Source: Asterias rubens
Taxonomy: Eukaryota
DNA length: 64,000 nucleotides
Direction: 5' to 3'
Assembly (NCBI RefSeq): GCF_902459465.1
Contig: NC_047072.1
Location: forward strand, 8,060,001 to 8,124,000
Position numbers and translations under genes: made by a program. Below, in pieces: positions 1 to 11,695 of this stretch. How positions within the stretch are numbered: position 1 is the stretch's first letter; the number at the start of each line of letters is the position of its first letter. The notes under the pieces are model-generated. The model saw only the letters and a list, made by a program, of their open reading frames with translations. It was not told where the DNA came from and searched no databases.

Positions 1-99
1 TTCGGAGGCTGCCTCCTTTTTTTTGTTGAAAATACATTTAAGCAATATCAGAAAAAAAAAACCCAGCCGGTTGTCTTTAAAAATATGTCGAGTGGCCTC

Positions 100-536
100 T
101 AAAGGCAGTGGGCACTATTGGTAATTACTCAACATAATTATCAGCATAAAACCTTTCTTGATTACAAGTAATGGGGAGAGGTTGATGGTATAAAACATTG
201 TGAGAAACAGCTCCCTCTGAAGTGACTTAGTTTTTGAGAAAGAAGTCATTTTCTACGAATTTGATTTCGAGACCTCGGATTTAGAAGTTGAGGTCTCGAA
301 ATCAAGCATCTCAAAGCACACAACTTCGTGTGACAAGGGTGTTTTTTCTTTCATTATTATCTCGCAACTTCGATGACTGATTGAGCTCAAATTTTCACAT
401 GTTTGTTATATCTTGCATATGTTGAAATATAGCAAGTGTGAAGAAAGGTTTTTGACAATTACCAATAGGTAGGATTTGAAACTTTGCATGGTGGAAATTT
501 GATATAGAGGTTTGCGGTAATGCAATAGTGTCCACA
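100..536 (+). mobile_element. Family A MITE (~380 bp, TTAA-flanked, Kolobok/T2-type), interrupted near right TIR
   Basis: Left end taaaggcagtgggcactattggtaatt. Internal hairpin gatttcgagacctc...gaggtctcgaaatc. Right TIR aattaccaatag|tgtccac is split by a 54-bp insert. Same sequence recurs about 16 times in the window. TTAA flanks with AG termini match Kolobok-type elements (established). Confidence 0.9.
469..522 (-). mobile_element. 3' tail fragment of Penelope-like hammerhead element
   Basis: gtaggatttgaaactttgcatggtggaaat...tttgcggtaa matches the start of the 28734 and 43474 elements. Flanked by direct repeat caatag (463-468, 523-528). Confidence 0.8.
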
Positions 537-1032
537 TTTTTATTTATTTTTTTTCAAGAGAAAAAACCCCTCCTCCTTTTTTCAAAAAGGCAGGGCGCTA
601 GACTGTTTTTTATTTTATTTGGCCTTAAATATATTTAAAACGTGTAGTGCTGCCACTTCATACAGTACAGTCAACTGTGGTTGGTGAACAATGCCATCAT
701 TTGCGTTGGGAGAGGAAGTAATGATGTTAATGATATTAATATCAAACAAACGGTTGCGTTTTTTTCTACCAATCAGTAACAATTGTCATTATGTCTATGA
801 AATGAGGTGTGTTTGATCACGGAGGAATTCCTCCATGGTTTGATGATCGCTTGTTAGAATATAATACTAATAGTCGTTGTGTAAATAAGCGTGGCCACAT
901 TTGCTTGTCGAGGCAAATTTTGGACCGTTGGATTGTGTAAATCCTTTATAAATAATAGAATTTTGTACATGTATACTGTAAAAATTGTAAAACTACCCGT
1001 GAAAATATAATTTCAAAAGGTGGTAGAGTTTT

Positions 1033-1312
1033 GCAGAAACGGCTCCCTCTGAAGTAACATAGTTTTAGAGAAAGAAGTAATTTTCCACGAATTTGATTTC
1101 GAGACCTCAGATTTTTGAGGTCTTGAAATCAAGCATCTGAAAGCACACAACTTCGTGTGACAAGGGTGTTTTTTTCTTTCATAGTTATCTCGCGACTCTG
1201 ACAACCAATCGAGCTCAAATTTTCACAGGTTTGTTATTTTATGCATATGTTGAGACACACCAAGTGAGAAGGGGGGTCATTGACAATTACCAATAGTGTC
1301 CAGTGTCTTGAA
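1033..1312 (+). mobile_element. Family A MITE, left end truncated
   Basis: Family A body plus right TIR aattaccaatagtgtccagtgtctt. Confidence 0.88.
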
Positions 1313-2039
1313 GGGGCACCAAGGCAAAGACAGTGCAGCCTTGACTCCATCAAAACCAAGCAAGAATCTCGGCAGAAGTTTGTGAGAGTCTGATACAGGT
1401 AAATACAAATATGATAGTTGTACAAGTCGTTAGGGCCTTGAATTTATTTCTTGCCCTAACCTGTAAAAATTTCATTTTAAAGATGGTACAGTTTTGAAGA
1501 TATTGTTGAAAATCTGGAGCGGTTTTGTCCTCGCAGGAAGAATGATTCGTAATTGGAATACACAATTTGAGAAACGTTTCATGCAGCAGAAAATTGGCCC
1601 CAAATTCTTCTTACGAAGTTACATTTCTCATGATAACTAACAATGGTTTAGTCCTCGCAGAACATTAAACTAAAAGAAATCTCCCTTTTTTTCAAACAAA
1701 TTGTTACATCGGGCGAGAACAAGCCATGAGGGATTTGGTCTTTGATTCGAAACTATCATGACTGAGATCCACTACATACACACTGTGTTCATGTTCCATT
1801 AAATACCCTAGAAGAAAAACACCTCCCTCCAACACCCCCCCCCCCTCCCCATCATGACAAGTTTTATAGAGCAGCATACTTGGCGCCGAATGCGGAATTA
1901 GGAAATGATGATGTCAACTCTTATTGATCAGCCGCTGGATGAAGGCCTCATTATGATAATTTCCAAATATCTAGTTACTAGTTCATTATTAGAGATGATA
2001 AATTTGCATCGAGGATAAAGAATTAATTTTGGGTTTACC

Positions 2040-2135
2040 CTTACTCAGTACTTTCCCGAGTCCTGAGAAAAAATATCCCAGGCGTGTTACTCTGGTGGGA
2101 TTCGAACCCAGAGCAGTGTCTTACCAACTAGACTA
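2040..2135 (-). mobile_element. tRNA-derived SINE fragment (family L)
   Basis: Reverse complement ctagttggtaagacactgctctgggttcgaatcccacc contains A-box and B-box-like motifs and matches 27255-27420. Confidence 0.7.
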
Positions 2136-5100
2136 GTTCATTGTTACCAGATTTTATTACACACCCGAGCGACAATTACAGGATTATTAACAAGATGGTC
2201 ATGTTCTATCAATAGGGAGAGGCTGAGGCGGGATTCGAACCGGGGTAAAAAAGAGGTGACAGGCAGGGAAGAAATCTTTTTGATTGTTTGGCCGTGTCCG
2301 AATTGGTGGCTATGGCTTCGAAATCAGACGCGAATCCATGGAGTCTTAGACAATTGTGTCAATACGCGCGCATACATATCCGCGTTTTGTGGTTACTCGA
2401 GTGTACTGACTACTACTGTTGGTGCAGTCTGGTGCGCCGATAATGCGTTGATTGCACAAGCGCTGGGAAGTTTGTCTGACTCCCCGGTATTTTGCGCAAA
2501 AGTGACTTCATTACTGCCAAGAGCTGTTCATCCAACACCCTTTTCCCGTACATGTGTTCTACGCTAGTCTGCTTTCTTTAACAACAAGGAAAGTGAATGT
2601 TCAATGTGTTGTGGAGAGATTTGGTTTGACATAAAAAAAAAGACAAGTTCCAGTGTGTATGTTTATTGTTGCTCAATATATGTTGTTTGTAATCCACCCT
2701 GTTTTTTTATATCTCATATTGTTCCTTGTAGTCCGCTTTTCGCAATGACAGTCACAGTGAATGTTGTGTATCATTCATTCATACTCAATTGCTTGCGACA
2801 TAATAGGCCTATCTATTTGCTTTCCTAACCAGGATGGATTATTTTTGATTTGAGTCATTTGCTGAGTTTCATATAGAAGGAATTTATCCAGCCTCCCTCC
2901 CCACAAATCTATATTGCCAATGAGTTGGGTTTTTAATTGAAATGCTTCTTATTAATAGTCTGTCTGTTGTGTGAAGTCATGAGTCATTGCTTTGTGCAAT
3001 TAGCAGGAGTCTGGGTGTCCCAAAGTATACAATTCAACTGTTTCAATTTTCCTCTTATTACTGTATGTTACAAAATGTTGATGGGACATGGGGGGGGGGG
3101 ATTAGGAGGGGGGACGAGAAGATTTTTAACCACATTTATGTTAAATACGTTACATACTTTGTCTTCTGGAAATGAGGGGGATCATTTTCCACTAAGGTTG
3201 AGCATGACTCATGTATGTAAAAACAACGTAGGTGTACCGACTACTTCACATTTAGCTGTATTAGCAAGTCCAATAAGTTGTATGGAAAATGTTTAAGGTT
3301 CCTTTTTTTTCTGTTGTAGAGTCACCGAAAGTACTTATTGTATGATAATGCTCAGTCAAAGGGTTAATATTTTAAAAACTGTGACTAAAGTTTCACTGAA
3401 GAGACCTTTAGTCATTATCTTAAAACAAACTTGAATTTTTTATTCTGGTTGGTTGATCCATGGCACCGTCAGTCTGATTACCTTTTTGTCTTGTTGTGTA
3501 TATATACCATATTGTATGGTCCATTTTGCGCTCTGTGTACTGCCCTGTTTTAACTGGGCGTATTGCACTTTTTGAGCTACACGTTAAGTTTGGTTGAAGA
3601 TTAAATCGCTATCTTACACAACCTTAAAGTGGATCCAGTTTGAGTGGTCCTGCTTTTGCTTTATTATACTGTTTCTAAAGAATTTCCTTGTGGGGGAGGG
3701 GGGGGGGGAGGGTCCAGGTTGAACAGAGACTTCCCTTTTGGGGTCCATTGTGTAAAATAACCCACAAGGGCACTCCCGTAAGCCCACTCCCACTCATGGA
3801 ATACGGACAAATAAAGTACATCTGCATCATGGGAGAACAAAGAGATTTCCAAAATATGACTTCATTTCAGAGGGAAATATTTCACAGAATTGTGTTTCTA
3901 GTATGAACTTTAGAAACAGCTCCGTTTTTCAGACTAAAATTAAAGAATGATGTTTTTTATCCTGACCATTTAAATTACCAAATAAAACACAAATGAGGAC
4001 ACCATCAGAAAGCATGTTAAATTTCCTACATGATATTATGAATAACTAAGCATGCCACACAGTGATTATTTATTTAGACAACACTTTTTTGCCTCCCGCT
4101 TCATTGACTCATATTTTCATCATCCCATTAAATATACAATAACAGCCACTTCAGTTTATGTGATTACGTAGGTGTTATTTTATCACTGTAATTTGTTTAA
4201 AAATAAACATTATTGTAAACAATACTCTTGCTATTAGTGTCAGTGGTAAGTCACCCATTCCCCGCTATTACACCACCATATGGCAGTAACGCTAACAACA
4301 ATTAGTGTCGCCATTCATTGTCTCTAAATCTCTCTTGCCAATAAATGACAAACATTCGCTTTCTATTAAAACAAATACTTGTCTGCATTACCGAGACATC
4401 AATGCGTCTTGCTTTTTTTTTTTGTATCCTTCCCTTACCCGCCCGCCCGCCCGGCCGCCGCAGCCCCGCGAACAATGGCCCCTTATCATCCAGTATTGTA
4501 TTTCTGTCCAATGCCGAAGATAAATTTACCCCGATCCTAATCCAATTGGGTGAATCATCCGAAATAACCATCAAAGCATGATTGACTCAACTCGGATGGT
4601 GTAGGTTTCTCAGTTTCACCGCAACCCCCCCCCCCTCTCTCTCTTGTCTCCTCCACCAACACTGGATGAGAGCCACCCCAGACTTAGGGACCCTGTTAAT
4701 ACAGCTCCTCGTCATGTTGGACTTGCTGGACTCGGGGCGGCGTCGATCTAATAATCGAGCCTCCGTCCGTAACCGTACACACATCGGTTGGGGCTGCAAG
4801 GCTTTCGTAACAAGTGTAATGGCTAATTTCTAATGGTAATGCACCGTCCGTGTAATACATTCAATCAATATTAAACTGGTTACACAGATTGGCATTAGCG
4901 GCGCTATGTTTTCATTGGAGGGGGGCTAGAGCTCAAATTGACGTCAATTTTTTTTTCTTCTTCTTTTTTTTACCCCTTCTCCTGGTTTATCATAATTGGG
5001 CCGTGGCCTTATGCACATCTTGTCGTGGACCATTACTCTAATCACATTGGTGGGTGGTGTGTAAACCGGTCCGTAACCACAAAGAGTGCGGTTGGGCAAA

Positions 5101-5431
5101 ATGTTCGATGGAATTATTAGATTTTGATGCATGATTTCACAAGAATGCTGTTTGAGAGGGCGAGACGAGAGGACTTATAAAAAAAAAAAAAAATAACATC
5201 ACAAGTCATTGCACCCGAATCTGTGATCGAGACATTCATTTGAAAAACAAAGCATTTATTTTGGTTCAGCCATCTTAAGTTTTTTGTTTCTCGAGCAAAT
5301 CAGCAGAACCAATGTGAGGCGTTCAGGAAAAAAAATAGTCTGGCCCCCTGCTGTATTATGAACATCAGCATTTGTTGTGGAAGTCATGGAATGTGACAGA
5401 CGTGGTTGTGGCATATTGACCCAAATATCCT

Positions 5432-5695
5432 TGACCCAATTTCATGAGGCAGTTGGGCAAAAAAGACTGCTAAGTAAATTCATATATGCTAAGCAAAATG
5501 TGGGTGGGGCACTAGTCACTACAATGTCAACTTAATGGACATTTATCTGATGACCAGTTTCTGCTACGCAATTTCTTTGCTTAGCAAGTTTTTGTGCCTA
5601 CAGGCTACCAGTTACAGATTGTAGATGTGACATGGTATTTTGGCTGGTAACCTCATTCTAGCAAGCATAGTTTTGTTGTGCTTATTAAGCGGCCC
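5432..5695 (+). mobile_element. Family F MITE (diverged; Harbinger-type)
   Basis: Starts gacccaatttcatgagg and carries the tgctaagc/gcttagca and gctggtaacc motifs seen in 22696-23035. Confidence 0.6.
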
Positions 5696-6139
5696 TAAGC
5701 TCAGCGAGGGCGCTGTTTGTGATTGTGGCTGTTTTAAGGCAAAGTCTATTATTTTAAAGGGAGAACTCTGGTTTTCGCTGTCTTACTGTCATTTCTTCCA
5801 AATGGTCTATTGCATTTGAGATTTACATTCTAGAAAACAATTTGTAGTGAAGTTGACAAAATAAAAAAAACCTAATGATGTTTGTGAGGAAAAGTTTTTC
5901 AAATTCAGAAACAAAAGGTTAAATATTACATTGTACTTCGAGTCTCGTACACTGTCCAAAGATCACTGGCTAGTTTAAATGAAACTAAAAATCAGAGAGA
6001 CATCAGGTAGGAATTCCCCAAGAAATTTCAGAAAAACCCTTGAACGATTTTAAAAAGAGATCTCTTTTGTGGGGGAAAGGAAGTTTTTTTGAGGTTTTAT
6101 TTGTGAAACTGAATTGGTTTAAAAACAGCTACTGTTCAG

Positions 6140-6239
6140 GTATCTGGCCATTTGAAACTGGAAGTTGGTGCTGAAGTGAAATGTTTGTCACAGAATCGAA
6201 CGTATGTTGTGGAGCCAAATGTATGCAATGGAACCAAAT
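6140..6239 (+). CDS. Weak candidate internal exon (VSGHLKLEVGAEVKCLSQNRTYVVEPNVCNGTK)
   Basis: ttcag acceptor (weak pyrimidine tract), one open frame over 100 nt, strong AAT|GTGAGT donor. No recognisable homology. Confidence 0.2.
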
Positions 6240-6368
6240 GTGAGTAAAGTAAACAAATGCAGGTAAAGGAACCCAGGGGTTTCCTTTAACTTTATTTTTT
6301 TAGTCACCAGCCTAACGAGTCAACACAAATTTTGGGTCGCCTGAAATTTTGTTTACTTGCCCACATGT

Positions 6369-6370
<2 letters not shown>

Positions 6371-6419
<49 letters not shown>

Positions 6420-6686
6420 CTACAGCATTTATAAGGCGCACTTTACTGAAAAAGAGGAACATTCAAAGGCGCCGGTCAAGTTTTGTCAAGATGTTGGAAA
6501 GCAAGCAAGAACAAGTGTGTTTTGAGTTTCTGCTGGAAGAGAGTGATGTTGTGTATTTGTCTGAGGTATTCCGGAAGTGAGTTCCAGAGTCTAGGTGCTA
6601 TGTCGGAGTAAGCCCTGCCCCGTAACTGGCCAGGCGAGTTCGAGGAACATGGAGCGTATTGTTAATAGATCTTAGACCTGGTCTAG
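6371..6686 (-). mobile_element. L2-clade LINE 3' relic (ORF2 C-terminus, 3'UTR and (TTA)n tail)
   Basis: Minus strand reads RPGLRSINNTLHVPRTRLASYG, then a one-base frameshift, then RAYSDIAPRLWNSLPEYLRQIHNITLFQQKLKTHLF...*. This matches the L2 ORF2 C-terminal pattern RAFS.AAP.LWNSLP...LKT.LF. Trinucleotide tail at 6371-6418. Confidence 0.88.
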
Positions 6687-7664
6687 TGCACTCTACCAAC
6701 TGATATCAAGCCCTGTGTGTATCTAATCCAACTCGTTTAAGATTTACACCTGAAAGTGAAAACTTATCTTATCTTTTTGATAGTCACAAAAAACAGTACT
6801 TTGTTTTTACAGCTTGCATACCACAATGTACATTGTACACTGTATTATTTATACGCACTGTGAGTACGTCTTGAACCTGCCACCATAGTTAAAAGGTATG
6901 TATACATCTGGTAATGACTCTGAAATGTTATGTGAAGAAGCTTTTGATTGTACATTGCATTTGAGAAACATTTCACTTCAAATTACGATGGTTAGGGAAA
7001 CAAAAATTAACTTTTTATCCCCAAAATTTTAATACCAGATTGTGTATTCCTTGAGAGATTGTTCTTCCTGCTTAGACATATTCGTCCCAGAGTTTCGGCG
7101 ATATTCCAACATCGCAACCACCTTTTGAAGTAAAATTTTCACAGGTTAATTTAAATGTATGCAACTACATTCGTAGTGAAACAATCGAATGATTTCAAAA
7201 CCAAATTGGGTACACAATGCCTTTAACACACGCAGGTGTGTGCATGTATAGACAGGACCCCGTCAGGTCAGAAAATTAACCCCGGAAACAATGTGTAGAG
7301 AGAGACAGCTGGGCCAGATTTTTCCCGAGTTTGGGATGCCTAATGTGATTTGTTCGGAGGGGAACGGGACCAATTGCCCTTGAGTGCTGTGGCCTTGCGC
7401 CCGGCCCGTTCGCTTAAATTAGATTCCACCAAATACAACCTGCCTGTCAGGCAAATTTACTGCGTTTAAAAGACAATTTAAAAAGAGAACCCAGGACAGA
7501 TTTCAGCATGGGTGGTTTTAGGCAAGATGGAAATTATGCTTAGCAGAGAAAATAATTTGGTAAGCGGATGTGGACTCCTTTTACAACCCCCCCCCCCAGT
7601 TTCTTATGTGACTCACTGAGGCAATAATATGAAGTCTTAAAGATCACTAGTAATTTCTGCTGAG

Positions 7665-7712
7665 CAGGGCGCGAATTCATGCCTCTGCTTACCGCCAAAC
7701 TCTGCGCTTAAA
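7665..7712 (+). mobile_element. Family C MITE left-end fragment
   Basis: cagggcgcgaattcatgcctctgcttaccgccaaactctgcgctta resembles the TIR of 29210-29457. Confidence 0.65.
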
Positions 7713-9039
7713 AACAATCAAAACAAAACTACAACCAAAAATCACCAAAACCAATTGGTGCAAATTAGTCTCAGCTTGATTTGGCAAAATTGATACCTTT
7801 ATGGCAATGTCAATGATTTTTAAAATTTGTGTAATTGAAACATATGGAGGAAGAGTGATTGGTCGTTTTAACTTTAACTTTTAAAGACAGTAAGCTTTTA
7901 GATCTTTAACTTCACTTTGTAGTCAACGTTTTGGTCATCTTGTCCCTCTACCATGGTTGTGTTACCACTGCACAATTTCAACCAAGTCTTAACGTGTGCA
8001 AATCCATTTTAATAATATGTCTTGACATTCTTTGATATCAATCTGGATGAACACATCTTTTGATGACAGTTTTTTTTAAGACTTGACGGTAAATACTAGA
8101 CAGCCCCTCTTCAACCTTGTAAAGATTTTAACAAAGTTTAGATTAATGCAGTTATTAGAAGTACTTTCACAAATCCAAACATGTACTTCTTGAACCCTTT
8201 TAATTTCTATCAACACTTAAACTTGGCATCAAGTTTTCATGACGATGTACAAATACTCAGACAGTATTTTTGTTTCCGGTGACACACAGGCGAGACGAAA
8301 AAAATGCTGATTTTACAGGGGGTTGTAGAAACAGAAAATCTGCTGAGAATGAACAAGTGGAGTTTTTCCTCCTTCCCTCTCTCTTCGGAAAGTACTAATT
8401 TGGCCTTGACATCAAGCGGGCCATGAGGAGCCTGTATTTATACACGGCCTCCTCCATGGGGCCACCCCGTGCACAATCGATGACTTTATTAAATTTTCCT
8501 TACACGGTTCAGAAAATATCTCGGGGAGTCATCAGTAGAAGACCTCTCCCCCCTCCCAAAAAAAAAAAGAATAAAAAAAAAGAAGACTGGTCTACACATC
8601 CCCTTGTTGCATACCTGCGGGATGTTGTCGGGGGGAAGTGTTAAGCGTGGCGCACTGGCACAATTTGCACACCTCTGATTTGCCAGTGGAGTGAACACGG
8701 GGGATAAGACTGGAACGATACAGTGCGGTCGTGGGAAAGATCGACTTAAAAGTGTGTACCGATTGATTCGGTTATGTCTGAAGCCTAGTTTAGTTGACTG
8801 CGTTTTTTGGATAGACCTTTAAAAAAAAAAAAAAAGGTGTTTTGAGGGCTGAGAGACAGTGAGGATTTGAGGTACAATTTTTTGATAGATGATCAAGTTG
8901 AAGTTTTGTGGCTACCTATCAGGGATACAATTTATTTTGGGTTTACCCTTTCACCGATTTGTGTTAGCACTGTATACCCACTACCCTCCTGAGTTCTGTG
9001 AACGAAATCAAAGGCATTGCTCGGGTGGGGTTAAAATGC

Positions 9040-9370
9040 ACAACCATCTCAAGCAAATCTGCCAAATCAAATTGTTAACAACCCTCCTACTATATACCCA
9101 ATACCTCATTACATGCCACAAAAGTGGCATTTTGTGGCACATTCATACGATGTACGTGTAGATAGTAGAGCCATAGCCCAAAGTGCTTCAATGAAAGTGG
9201 TTAACTGGAAAAAGCATTGCTCACCATCTCTGCCAAGTCTGCCAAACCAAAACCTCCTACTCTAAGTGAGTTTCTTGAGACAACCATCCCCATACCCTGG
9301 TATGCCTCAACCGTGGCATTTTGAGGCACACATGCTGAAGTAGAGAGCAGAAGCATAGCCCAAAGTGTTG
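9040..9370. repeat. Diverged tandem duplication (~180-bp unit x2)
   Basis: ccatctc..ctgccaaa..cctcctact..gtggcattttg(t/a)ggcaca..catagcccaaagtg occurs twice. Confidence 0.7.
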
Positions 9371-9784
9371 CCGGTACAGCTCAAGCTGTATTTGGACCAC
9401 TGTTGGAAGAGAGAAAAGGTCGTTGACCTTGGTTCTTATTCTGCAGTGGCACTGTTTGAACTACAAAGACAGGAAAGTGTGGGATTGGTTACTTCACAGT
9501 GTTAGTCTTCACGGATGTTTTCGAGGCACCTTGGAATATGCACCTTTAAGGAGGGTTAAAATCTTAACACATGTTTCTGTCCGTCAAATGTTTCCCACTT
9601 AAAAGTATGTCTACAAGACATTTTTCAATAAAAATCCTTCAATGATCATGATGATCAACACAAGTTAATGCTTGTGAACTGTCGCCAACTACCTAGCACT
9701 CTAAATTACATTCGGTGAGGAGTATAGATCATCATGACAACCATCAATCTCTCACTCATGTACTAAGTGATAAAAAATTAATGT

Positions 9785-10365
9785 CCAGCCGTGTCTGTGG
9801 GAATGACAGACTGATTTTTCTTCTTCAAAAAGGTAAAAAGCAGGACAGTTCTTTTTAGAACTGAGAAGTCTTCCGAGTTTTGAAAATCTACTCCGCGGAA
9901 GAAGAATATGTTGTAAGACAAGTTCTCAAAAGAACATAATTCACCCAGGGAGTACATTCACACAGTGTGTTAAAGGCATTGGACACTATTGGTAATTACT
10001 CCAAATAATTATTAGCATAAAACCTTACTTGGTAATGAGTAATGGGAAGAGGTTGGTAGTATAAAACATTGTGAGAAATGGCTCCCTCTCAAGTGACGTA
10101 CTTTTCGAGAAAAAAGTAATTTTCCGCAAATTTGATTTTGAGACCTCAAGTTTAGAATTTGAGGTCTCGAAATCAAGCATCTGAAAGCACACAACTTCGT
10201 GTGACAAGGATGGTTTTTTTTCTTTCATTATTATCTCGCAACTTATTGACGACCTATTGAGCTCAAATTTTTACAGGTTTGTTATTTTATGCATATGTTG
10301 AGATACACCTACTGTGAAGACAATTAACAATAGTCTCCAGTGTCTTTAACGCAATCCAAATGTAT
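9785..10365 (+). mobile_element. Family H interspersed repeat, interrupted by family A MITE
   Basis: aaaaagcaggacagttctttttagaactgagaag...aaaatctactcc matches the reverse complements of 12820-12990 and 27006-27195. The host resumes after the MITE as cgcaatccaaat. Confidence 0.7.
9970..10349 (+). mobile_element. Family A MITE, full length
   Basis: ttaaaggcattggacactattggtaatt ... tagtctccagtgtctttaa, with TTAA at both ends. Confidence 0.93.
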
Positions 10366-11526
10366 AGAGACACAGTTCACATTGTCATATCAGGAGTCTT
10401 TATCCTCGAAATAAAAACTTCTCTCATAAATGGTGGACAAAATATAAAATACAAAACTTAAGTGTCTACAGTTACTGCTGTTTCTTTTTTTAATGAGATA
10501 ATTCCATATTTGAAACCGCTGGTTTTTTTTCAATGAGATAATTCCATATTTGAACAATAAAAACTTTATAAAAAGCGTAAAAGGTAGACCACGTTATCAG
10601 ATCTGTCACTACAGATTACCGCAATGGATAAATTATGGCAGACCGGGTGCCGATAATTTGGCAATTTCCATCGTATTGTGGATTCAACTGTTGGTTCTAT
10701 TCTCTTTTTCCCCCTGATCTAATTAGAGCTTCACGGACGTAATCCGAGGAGCTGAGTTTATCATTCCGAATACGACCCAACCCAAAGGGGGAAGAACAAT
10801 GCACCGGGAATGACAGAGAAACGTTTTTAATAACCAGCACCCGATAAATTCCCCCCTCGGGCAAAACTCGTAGGACCACTACTCCATTAAACGCTTGTGA
10901 AAACAAAGGTTTTGTGTTATCGTCGAATCATCCCCGTTTTTCATCGAAAGCAAAGAAAAGAATGCGAAAATGTTCTGGAAGCTTCTCTATTTAAAATGCA
11001 ATTCCATTGGAAATTACCCCTGAGGTTTAAAAAAAAAATAAAAAAATAAGGTAATTTTATTTTATTTTCTTTGCCCAAAATGCCGAAATGCGATTTTGAG
11101 GGGAGATATTTAATGTAACATTATCTGGGCAATTGTGGTATCATATTGTATTCAGAAGGCTGTCAGAAACCTGTCAATTTTAACTCAGGTCTTGAAATTG
11201 TTTCATGTCTAGTCACTTTAGCCTAGGGACATGTTCTCTACTGTTGCCTGATTAATACTTCTACTTTTTTTCGGAGAGGGCTGGTTCAATGTTTTGGGGG
11301 TTATTTGTGGAGATCTGTCGGTCAAGACGGGATTTGTGGACGGGGAAACAATGGGGGCTTGTGGAGGGCGGCATGGCTTGGGAATGATACAGCATCCCTC
11401 AGATTAAGAGATGGTAGGAGGAGCAAGCCTTTGTTTTAGGATCTAGTGGGGTGTTCGGAGATACCATGAAAGCTCTCTGAGTTGTGGTGGGTCTGAGAAG
11501 AATTAATGGTTTTGACAACTCTAGGT

Positions 11527-11695
11527 TTAAAAGGCACTGGACACCTTTGGTAATTGCCAAATACCAGTATTCTCACTTAATGTATCCCATATGCATAAAA
11601 AATAAATAAAAAAAATCTGTGAAAATTTTGACTCGCTTGGTCGTCAAAGTTTCAAGAAAATATTGAAAGAAAAAATCACCCTTCTTGTAGTCTTC
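11527..11695 (-). mobile_element. Family A MITE, partial
   Basis: ttaaaaggcactggacacctttggtaattgccaaataccagtattctcac matches one family A terminus. Confidence 0.8.

Noticed and set aside
1320-1404. cag|GTAAAT donor at 1398
   Set aside because: All upstream frames hit stops within a short distance, and the region overlaps repeat fragments.
10697-10906. Minus-strand ORF containing GGIYRV, suggestive of a GIY-YIG endonuclease (tempting given the Penelope-like elements)
   Set aside because: There is no YIG/YVG motif at the required spacing and no downstream Arg/Glu motifs. The ORF is only 69 aa and the region looks like non-coding motif-rich DNA.
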